Source: Vicugna vicugna
Lineage: Eukaryota
DNA length: 64,000 bases
Assembly (NCBI GenBank): GCA_013265495.1
Contig: MU061538.1
Location: 1,693,339-1,757,338 of the forward strand
Direction of reading: 5' to 3'
Shown in pieces: positions 34,265 through 44,000 of the stretch. Made by a program: the position numbers and the translations under genes. How positions within the stretch are numbered: position 1 is the first letter of the stretch; every line of letters starts with the position of its first letter. Below the pieces are notes generated by a model that saw nothing but the letters and a program-made list of their open reading frames with translations, was not told the origin of the DNA and ran no database searches.

Positions 34265-35902
34265 AAAGAAAAGCTTTGCCGTGCAGAAGCTTGTAAGTTT
34301 CATTAGGTCCCATTTGTTTATTCTTGCTTTTACTTCTACTGCTTGGGTAGACTGCCCTAGGAGAAAGTTTTTGAGATGTATGTCAGATAATGTTTTGTCT
34401 ATATTTTCTTCTAGAAGGTTTATTGTATCTTGTCTTATGTTTAAGTCTTTGATCCATTTTGAGTTTACTTTTGTGTATGGTGTAAGGGAGTGTTCTAGCT
34501 TCATTGTTTTACATGCTGCTGTCCAGTTTTCCCAACACCATTTGCTGAAGAGACTGTCTTTATTCTATTGTATATTCTTGCCTCCTTTGTCGAAGATGAG
34601 TTGACCAAAAGTTTGTGGGTTCATTTCTGGGCTCTCTATTCTGTTCCATTGGTCCATATGTCTGTTTTTGTACCAATACCATGCTGTCTTGATCACCGTA
34701 GCTCTATAGTATTGTCTGAAGTCTGGGAGAGTTATTCCTCCAGCCTCTTTCTTTTTCTTCAGTATTTGTTTGGCAATTCTAGGTCTTTTGTGGTTCCATA
34801 TAAATTTTATTATGATTTGTTCTAGTTCTGAAACCGTAAGCAAAACAAAATGACAACCTATAGAATGGGAGAAAATTTTTGCAAAAGATGAAACTGACAA
34901 AGGCTTGATCTCCAGAATATATAAGCAGCTCATATGACTTAATAAGAAAAATACAAACAACCCAATCCAAAAATGGGCAGAAGACCTAAACAAACAATTC
35001 TCCAAGGAAGAAATACAAATGATCAATAGGCACATGAAAAAATGCTCCATATCGCTAATTATCAGAGAAATGCAAATCGAAACTACAATGAGGTATCACC
35101 TCACACCAGTCAGAATGGCCATCATTCAAAAATCCACAAATGACAAATGCTGGAGAGGCTGTGGAGAAAGGGGATCCCTCCTACACTGCTGGTGGGAATG
35201 CAATTTGGTGCAGCCACTGTGGAAAACAGTATGGAGATTCCTCAAAAGACTAGGAATAGACTTACCATATGACCCAGGAATCCCACTCCTGGGCATATAT
35301 CCAGAAGGAACCCTACTTCAAAATGACACCTGCACCCCAATGTTCATAGCAGCACTATTTACAATAGCCAAGACATGGAGACAGCCTAAATGCCCTTTAA
35401 CAGATGACTGGATAAAGAAGATGTGCTATATTTATACAATGGAATACTAGTCAGCCATAAAAACCAACAACATAACCCATTTGCAGCAACATGGATGTTC
35501 CTGGAGAATGTCATTCTAAGTGAAGTAAGCCATAAAGAGAAAGAAAAATACCATATGAGATTGCTCATAAATGGAATCTAAAAAAAAAAAGAACATAAAT
35601 ACAAAACAGAAATAGACTCATAGACATAGAATACAAACTTGTGGTTGCCAAGGGGCGAAGGGGGGGAAGGGACAGACTGGGATTTCAAAACGTAGAATAG
35701 ATAAACAAGATTATACTGTGTAGCACAGGGAAATATATACAAGATCTTATGGTAGCTCACAGAGAAAAAAATGTGACAATGAATATATGTATGTTCATGT
35801 ATAACTGAAAAACTGTGCTCTACGCTGGAATTTGACACAATGTAAAATGACTATAACTCAATAAAAAAAATGAAACCATAAAAAAAAAGAAAGAAAAGCT
35901 TT
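34265..35902 (+). mobile_element. Young 5'-truncated, 5'-inverted (twin-primed) L1 with 13-bp TSD
   Basis: 34274-34830 is antisense ORF2 ([20 protein letters not shown]...KLTSFCTAK). 34830-35889 is sense ORF2 (ETVSKTK...[18 protein letters not shown]...TMEY) plus 3'UTR and A tail. TSD AAAGAAAAGCTTT at 34265-34277 and 35890-35902. Confidence 0.97.
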
Positions 35903-38085
35903 CTTTAAAAAAGAAAAAAACACTGGCTTAAAACCCGAGAGCACAGCTCACAAGCCGTGGAGACTCCAGGTAAGAACCCCGTCACCACCCACACAGACAA
36001 GCCCCTGCGGGTCCCAGAGTCATTTTCTCTGCCCAGACCCGGGCAGACAGCACAGATGCAGTGACCCCGGGCCAGAGCTGATGGATACCCCGGGCCTCCA
36101 AGCTGCCAGCCGCTGTCCCTCCGAGTCTGCCATCATCACCACCCGCCCCCCGCCGCTGGTGGCTGACCAGCTGGCACCGCACGTAAAAGTCACCCTAGGA
36201 ATTAGAGTCATTTTGAAACAACGTGCATCTCACAGTCTCTTCCTTCAGACTGCTTCTTATTCCAGATGAGTGTCGTGTGGATGTGCTTTGTGGGTGAACT
36301 CGAGTCTCTGACGTGGCGCGGAGGAGGGGAGTCGAGGGCCTCGCCCACCTCTCATTGAAAAGGAAGACGCTCGGGCTGCCTGGCCATGACCCACACCAGC
36401 ACCGCGGCCGGGACTCCAAGGCTGAGCCTCGGGTGTTCGAGTGACATCATGCGCTGCACGTTAACACCAGCCACCAGCGTCCTAGCCTGGGCGGTTTAAT
36501 CATTTCTGGAAAACAATGCAAATGGAAAACAAAGTTATTTTGACCAGCTCAGCGGCTGCAAGGCCTTGGCTTCTTTGTGGCAGACAATAGAAGAAAGACT
36601 GCAAACAGATAGGAAAGAAAACATGATTAAATCACAGAGGTGACATTAAATCAATAGAGCAGGGTGCGATCGATACTCCTCCGCTCCGCGGAGCAGCGGT
36701 GGGCCGCTGCGCGTTTCAGGCGGTTCCGAGATTGCTTCCTCTGTGGACTGGACAAAGAAAGGCTTTGCGGGGAGAGGGTGAGGGAGCGGCTATTTTCCTA
36801 AATGTCGAATTAGACTCTGCAGGTATGGGCGCACGCTTCTCACTGGGTCCAGCCGTGCGGCCCGTCGGTTCCGGCCCGTGCACCTGGGCGACGCCAGTGC
36901 CAACAACAGCAGGGGCAGCGGGGCGACCGCCCGACGGAAGCCACTCTGGGCGGCCATTCGCCTCTGCGATGGCTAGGCTGCCGGAAACCCAGGTCATGCT
37001 GACGATTCCCCCTCGACACGCTGCGTCACTCAACATCACGGGCGGACCAGGGTCCACGGAGCGGATTCCGAAGATGCAGGACAGCAGACTCAAGGAATCC
37101 GTGTTTTAGCCAAGGACATGTCAGCAAAGGGAGAACGTCAAACAGGGAGGAGGGTCCCTGGGCCCCAGTGCTGGTCCTGCTGCTGACTAGCTGGGACCTC
37201 AAGCTCTCTAAGGCTCTCCGGGCCTCCGCTCTTTTTATCTCTGCGATGAGGCTGCTGGGGCCGATGGTCTTAACATCTTTTTTAACCTCCAAAAATTCTC
37301 ATTCTGTGAAAGCTGGACCAAAATTCCTGTGAGTCATTTTTGCTTGGTCACAGCCAAACCAGGGGGATGAAAAGCTGTCAGGACATTTTTCAGACTCTCT
37401 GGGCAAATCATACCTGAATAACATTAAACACACCTAAACGGAGTGTTTCCTCAGTCAAGAAAACACACACAGCAGAAGCTGCATTCTGCCATCCATCTGA
37501 ACAGCGGCAGGATATGGCCGTGAGTCTGCATTTGTTATTAATAGGACGGCTGAATTTTCAGGACAAAAATAACATTATCCTCTGAACCAAGGAAATGTGA
37601 AGCTGTAAATAAAACACAGGCAGTCACCAGCGGAGAGAGGAGCATATCCGGTCTGGCTCTTCAGCCGACGTCGGTCCTCTGGGCTTGGGGACTGTTCTGG
37701 CCAAAAATGCTCCTGGATTCCAGTCTGAGGGGTGGGACGGTTGTAATTTGGTGACATGAAACCTAGGCTGACTGTCCAGAAATCCTGAAAACAGATTGAC
37801 ATGAGCACCGGTCTGTGAGGTGGAGAGAAAGAGCATGCTGGTCTCACACGTGAGCCTTCCTCGCGGCAGAGGAGAGGCGAAGGCCGGCAGGAAGCCCCGA
37901 GGGCGATGCGATCGGCCTCCCCCGGCTGGGACATCTGTGCCGCGAGGTGGTCAGGGTTCCACATCCACCCACGCAGGAGGTAAAGGTGGGAGGAAAGACG
38001 GTAGCCCCAGGTGCTTGTACCCACAGCCAGAGTCCCCGTATTTTAAGACCTAAGGCAAAAGCTGCAGCCTCTGAGCCCGGCTCCT

Positions 38086-38146
38086 CCCAGGTAGCAGGTG
38101 TGCTTGCCCGGTCCCCAGGTAGCAGGTGTGCTCGCCCGCTCCCCAG
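38086..38146 (+). repeat. 28-bp tandem duplication
   Basis: CCCAGGTAGCAGGTGTGCT(T/C)GCCCG(G/C)TC at 38086 and 38114, with a partial third start at 38142. Confidence 0.9.
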
Positions 38147-38439
38147 TTACTGGAGGCCAGAGACCCAGAAAGGGTGCTGGGAGGCCACCTCCCCTTAGGC
38201 CGATTTGCCTCAGATACTCTTGCGTCCATTCTTCTTTTTAAATCTTTCTGGCATTTGAGGCCTTCTAGATCACGCTGTCCGTGGGCACAGGTGACTCGAT
38301 GTTACACGTCTAATAATTCTCAACAATGCAGCACGCTGCGACTGATGAGATGCTTAGTATCCATCTGAGTGATTCTTTTAACTTACTGGCTTTAAGGATG
38401 GTTTTTCAAATAATAGCTTGAATTTCACTTTTCTCTTTA

Positions 38440-38735
38440 GGATGTGTCACAAGTTGGAATCCTAAACCCCCAGGACCTCAGAATGTGACTGTTTTTGAAC
38501 ATAGGGCCTTAAAAGAGGTGATGAAGGTAAAGTGATGTCATATGGCCATCAGGACACAGGCAGGCAGAGAGGGACGGCCACGTGAGGACATGGGGAGAAG
38601 ACGGCCATCCACACGCCAAGGAGAGAGGCCTCAGGAGGAACCTGCCCTGCTGATACCTGGATCTTGGACTTCCAACCTCCAGGACCATCAGAGAATATAT
38701 TTCTGTTGTTTAAGTTGCCCCAGGAAACTAGTACC
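38440..38735 (+). mobile_element. MaLR solo LTR (MLT1A/B-like), internally deleted
   Basis: CCCCAGGACCTCAGAATGTGACTGTTTTTGAACATAGGGCCTTAAAAGAGGTGATGAAGG...GAAGACGGCCATC...CCAAGGAGAGAGGCCTCAG...GATCTTGGACTTCCAACCTCCAG...ATTTCTGTTGTTTAAG. Confidence 0.9.
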
Positions 38736-40179
38736 GAGCAAACGAATAAAACCCAAACACCCAGGGAAGAGGAAGAGCCGTGAGTGGCTGGAGCATGAAG
38801 TCAGGTGGTGGCAGGTCACCAAGCGCATAGGAGCCGGCCCCTCCGCCCACCCCGGCCTGCAGCCTCTACGGCCCCGGGAAGCACGCCCCCCAGATGCTCA
38901 CTGTGCAGCTCAGCGGAGACGTGCTTGGAGACCCGGAAACTCCAAGGGGAGGACAGCAGGTGAGGAAGGTGATGCTGTGCGGGTCCTGGGTGAGCAGGTG
39001 AGGGGTGGGAGGAAACAGCAGCCCAGGCCGCGGGACACATCGGCCACGTTCAGGGGCAAAGAGGAGGCACGTCTGGAGCAGAGGGGGTGCCTGGTCAGCC
39101 AGTGTGAGGAAGGGGGTCAGAGACAGCGCTGGTACCCGGCCCTGGGCTCCTCCTAAAGGGGGGTCACATCCGCACAGAGCCGTGCTGCCTGCGTGAGGAC
39201 TGACTCTGCTCCTGGCAGCCCCACCACGAGAGGATGCAGAGAACCCACGCACATTTCTCATCAATTAAAAAAAAAATTGCGTATGGGTCCTCAAAGTTCT
39301 TTCATGGGAAAGAAGAGTGACTGAGGCCATGCCAGTCTGGGGAGGCTGGCATTCAGGAAGAGGACCCTGCCCCCAGTGACCTCTGGCCCGTGAGCAGAGG
39401 TGCGACGGGACATCTTTAAAGCTGCCCCCAACTCCAGGCTGGGGGAGGACAGCCGGCAGCAGCTGGACACCTGTGTCCACCCCCCAGCCTGGCCCGCCCA
39501 TCCTGTGAGCTCACCAAACCCTGATGAGATCGCAGCCCTCGGGTGTGCCTTCCTGCGAACTTTCCCTGCAAAATCAGTTAATTAATTCAGGGCCAAGGGA
39601 CAGAGGCCGACAGTGGCTGTCTATCCTCTGGGCTGAGTGAGAGCAGTTCCACAGAATATTTATAAACCGAGTGAGACCTGCGCTTTGAAGAGGGGCTGAG
39701 GTTCTGGGGGCCTGAGGCTGGTCCACTTCATGAGCCCAGGGGGCCCCACAGGAGGTGAGACACAGCCTGGGACCCCCAGTGCTGCCCCGTCCAGCAAAAG
39801 CTGAGGATCTCAGAGGAAAATGTGACCCACTCCACCCCAGGGGTGATGCCTCTCTTTGGAAAAACTGAATTCAAACTGAATTCATGCTAGAAGTCAAAAC
39901 TGACCCCCCCAGGCCACCTTGCCTTGGCCAGGACAGGCAGTGGGGGGGCTGCAGAAAGGGCCCCAGCCTGAGTCAGAGGGGGCTTGAGCAGCGAGGCCCC
40001 ACTCACTGTTACCGACCGTGGGAAACACACCTTTCCTCCCTTTGTGTCCCCAAAAGGCCCAGGGGGTGTAATCTCCCACGAAGTAAGTCCTCCTTAAGCA
40101 TCGCTGGATGAACGAGCGAAGGAAGGAAGGGATCCTTGTGAAGTGGGGGGAGAGAGCAGACACAACCCCTAACATGCAC

Positions 40180-40765
40180 GTAGAGCAGACTTGTCCCGTG
40201 AAGGGCAGTCGGAGGGTGGGCTCCAGGACCCCCGCTGGTGCCGGGATCCAGGGATGCTTCGGTCCCCTATGTACAATGGTGTGGCGTTCGCATGTAGCCT
40301 CTGCACGTCCCCTGTGTACTGTACCTCGTCTCTGGATTACTTATAACACCTAATACAAGGTAAAGTTTGCATAAATAGCCGGCAGCCTGTGGCAAATTCA
40401 AATTTTGTTTTTCGGAAATTGCTGAGTTTTTTCTGAATATTTTCTATCTGAGGTTGCTTGAATCCTCAAATGCAGAACTCGGGGATACAGAGAGCCGACT
40501 GTCTTCCAGGCTTAGTGGTCACTGAGTCTCAGTTGTAGATTCACCTTAAGTGCAAAGACAGTCACAGCTGGTAGGGAAACTGAGGAGCGAGGCCACGTTC
40601 CAATAAAACATTTTTCAGGGACTGAAATTTGAATTTCATGTAGTTTTCACATGTCGCAGAATATTTTTCTCCTTTTGGGGTTCTTTCCCACTGTTTAAAA
40701 ATGCAAAAACTACTCAGCTCAGCAGTCACACAAAAACAAATGGCCAGCTGGCGTGGCTGACTTCT
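40180..40765 (+). mobile_element. MER58B-like hAT-Charlie element, apparently split by the MER2B insertion
   Basis: Right part GTTCCAATAAAAC...GACTGAAATTTGAATTTCATGTAGTTTTCACATGTC...TTTAAAAATGCAAAAAC...CAAAAACA is diagnostic. The left stub GCAGACTTGTCCCGTGAAGGGC (about 40188-40206) resembles the MER58 start. Confidence 0.75.
40206..40502 (+). mobile_element. MER2/MER2B (TcMar-Tigger) MITE
   Basis: CAGTCG...CCAGGACCCCCG...TCTCTGGATTACTTATAACACCTAATACAA...GGCAAATTCAAATTTTGTTTTT...GAATATTTTC...GGATACAGAGAGCCGACTGT, with CAGTCG/CGACTG inverted termini. Confidence 0.85.
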
Positions 40766-40789
40766 CATCCAAGATATGGCTGAACAAGA

Positions 40790-41051
40790 TACCACGCAAT
40801 CCAAGGGGTCCTGCAGGAGGTGGGAGTTCAAGTCACACTTTACAGCCACAAAGGTCCTCTTAGGAACACAGACCATAAAAACCAGTTGGAAGCCGACTCC
40901 TACAGCCAAACACCACAGCCAGGGCTTCCCCTCCACCTGCCACCACTCCCTCAGGTAACATGAGCTAGAAATAAGTTTCACTTGAAGTTCCATTACTGCC
41001 ATGTTTGAGGTTGCTTGTTACACAGCACAGCCGTTTATCCTGGCTGATACA
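40790..41051 (+). mobile_element. Old MaLR LTR 3' part (MLT1I/J/K-like)
   Basis: GAAATAAGTTTC...GCCATGTTTGAGGTTGCTTGTTACACAGCACAGCCGTTTATCCTGGCTGATACA terminus. Confidence 0.55.
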
Positions 41052-44000
41052 GCCTCTGTGATTTCAAGTTTTCAGCTTTAGAAACTATCACATGTGGAGA
41101 ATAGTGAGGGTTGCCTCACCGACACTTCTTCTCACAACACCCTAAACAACATACAATAGCTACATTATTAGTTTTAATTCTCCTCTTGCTTACAACTGTA
41201 AAGTTAGGTGATACACTTTATTTCTCCTACCAACTTTAAAGGCATCTCTTGATTTTTCCACTCTACAAGTCAGGGGGAGGCAAATAAATCTCTCTCTCCT
41301 CCTGTTTCCCCTGCTCTCTGGACTACTCTTACCGATTATCATTTTCTTTTTATACTGTCAGGAGTATTAACATTGGCATTCAGTCCTGAAGCCATAATTA
41401 AGTCTTCTGGGCTTTATTCCTAGCTTGATTATCAAAGATAAATAAAAGTTTTTAAAACGTTAAGTGCATTTATATGATTATGACTGTGTAAAGATCGTTC
41501 CCTTTGGACAAGTGGTTTTGTTCTCTGTACATCCAATGTTTGGGTCTTCCTCCGACCAGGGGAGGTGTTCCCAGCGTTGCGGCTGCATGCCAGAATGAAA
41601 TGGCCTCATCCTGAATTTCTGTGAGAAGTCCCCCGGGTTGTAAAGAGCCCTTGATCTTGTGAGCCTGCTGCCTGGGCTCCCCCCCGGGGGCTGGAGCAGG
41701 TGTCGACAGGGAGGAGGGAGACACACAGACGGTAGGATTGTGAGTCTTCCCAGGACTGAGTGGAGAATAAAACATACGAATGGACAATTAAACACAGGAT
41801 CTCTGGGGTGACAGAAAACATGGAAAGCGCAGCTTGGCAGATCACCCTGACTGGCGTGAGTTTCTCGATGACGCCTCTCACGGGCCCACTTTGGGGGTGG
41901 GCCTGGTCCTCCGCCCCCCACCCCCGACTCCCTCCCAGCACACTGGACAGCTCCTGGCACTTCCACCCGGCCTGCCTTCCACGGGCTCTGTCTGCCCCTC
42001 CTCTCCCCGGAGGGTGCGGACAGCCCCAGGGGCCATCCGTCCTGCCGTCCTGCCGGGGAAGCCAGCTGTGGGCAAACGCCCTTCTCCCTCCCCACGAATG
42101 TGTAGCTCCGCGGTTACTCCTACCCTACAGAGCGTAGCCAGGCTGCCCACAGTCCCTTCCTCCTCACTCACTCCAGAGGCCTGGGACCACCTTCCGAGGG
42201 AGCACTGCCCCCACAGTCCTTCCCCAGGCTTCGCTCTCCCGGGCAGAGGGGGTTGGGCGCTCGGGGGATGAGGTTTTGTTTTCGATGCTTACGGGAAGGT
42301 GGTGACACTTCCGATGGTGAGGACCAGAGGGCGGACGGCCTCAGGAGCTGGGTCTGGGTGGGCGGGTGTGGGCAGAAGCAGTCAGGACACTGGCCGTGGG
42401 CCCCAGGGGCCGACCCCAGTGGTGGGAATGGGAGGAAGCAGTGAACAGTGACAAGGGGGCCGGGTGGTGGAGCGAGAGCCTTGTCACAAAGGGCAGGACA
42501 CGGCCGGGCACCACCTGCTCCAGGCGCTGGCTGGGACCCGCTGCAGTCACCAGCGGCCGAACGTCGGAGACACAGCCCCAGAGGGACGCGTGCTGTGAGC
42601 TCCTCCGGCCCACAGGCAGCCAGGAGCCGGGCAGGGAGGTGGCTCCCACACAACCAGAAGGAAGCCTGGATCCCGGCCACGGCCACGGCCACGAGAAGCC
42701 TCAGCAACCAGCCTTCTCCTGGGTGATCCGGCCAGATCCTGTCGCCGGAGCCCCAGCCTAAGGGAGAGCGAAAACGGCCTCCTGGGGCACCCCCGCCACA
42801 GAAGACAAGCTCGTAAAACCCTCCAGGCTGCAGTGCGTGAACAGGAAAGTGCGGGGCAGAGAACGGAGGCGCTGGAGCCCTGGCCGTGCTCAGCACCCCC
42901 CTCGCTTTCCGTCTAATGACCAGGTCTCCCCCACCTCCGGCCCTGGTGGGAGCCACGTCCCTGCCTCCTCTGGAGCTCTGTCTGATCCCCAAGGACTCAC
43001 ACCACCAGAACGTGAAGGGAAATGACATTGCAACCCGGTCACCAACTTCGTCTTCTCCTGCCCCCTTCTCTGGGCCAGGAAGTTATGCAAACGAGCCCTG
43101 GACCAGACAGAGGCCGCACGTCAGTCCCGGAGCCCCACGTGTCCTCTCGGGGCAGAGCCCTTGGGCCATCACGTGCGAGCGAGATGAGATAACTTCCGTG
43201 TTTGGGGGTCTCTTCCCAGCATCTCAGGCTGCAGCCGAGAAAATAAAACCTGGTGAATCGGGGCAAGGGAGGGACGTGGCTGTGGAGCCAGAGGCCAGAA
43301 GGGGTGAAGGCAGACCGTGCCCAAGCCCCCGCGCAAGCCCCTGCACTGTCTGTGACGGGCAGGCCTTGGTGTCGGAGCCAAAGAGGGGCAGAGGAGGAAG
43401 GAAGATGAGCTGAGCGGACCTGGAGCTGCACAGCAGAAAGGACCTCTCTTCCTCAAGAGGCCCCTGGAGGGACTTCCTGAGGACAGCAGGGCGGCTGGTG
43501 CAGGAGCTGGCTGTGTCCCGCAGTGGACGGTGGGCAGCCTGAGGGCCCAGGGGCACAGGTGGCAGAGAGGGACACCAACGGCCTCCCACCAAAATGTGTG
43601 GACGTGTGGCAAGGCCTTCGGACACAGCCTGTGGCCAAATTTAGGAAGCTCGCGGCGGCAGGGTGGGCCTGAGCCACCGTCCCACCCGGAAGGCGTTGCC
43701 CTGCGTGTCTCTCCGAGGAGCCCGGGGCCTGGCAGTTTCAGATAAAGAAACTGAGAACTGACATTGATGTAGCTCAGGTTTTTTACCCTGAAAAACTATT
43801 GGAAAGTGTTTTCTCTCCTCAAAAAGCCCCAGGGTACAAGTGAAGCACGTCAAAAACTCAAAGGAGTGATGGGAACAGCCAGCAGGTCAGAAAAAGAAGA
43901 CGCAGGTGAGATGAAGCGGGCAGGTCAGGCAGCCCAGCCCGAAGCCAGGAGCCTGGGAGCCTGGCCTCGGCGGCGGCCTCGCCAGGGCTTCCGGGAAGGC

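Noticed and set aside
34565..35450. 161-aa and 143-aa ORFs as genes
   Set aside because: They are L1 ORF2 fragments; the first is a chimera across the inversion junction. The element is 5'-truncated, has no promoter and carries nonsense mutations.
41060..41470. AT-rich block possibly HAL1/L1ME-derived
   Set aside because: The composition suggests an old LINE, but I could not match diagnostic phrases well enough to call it.
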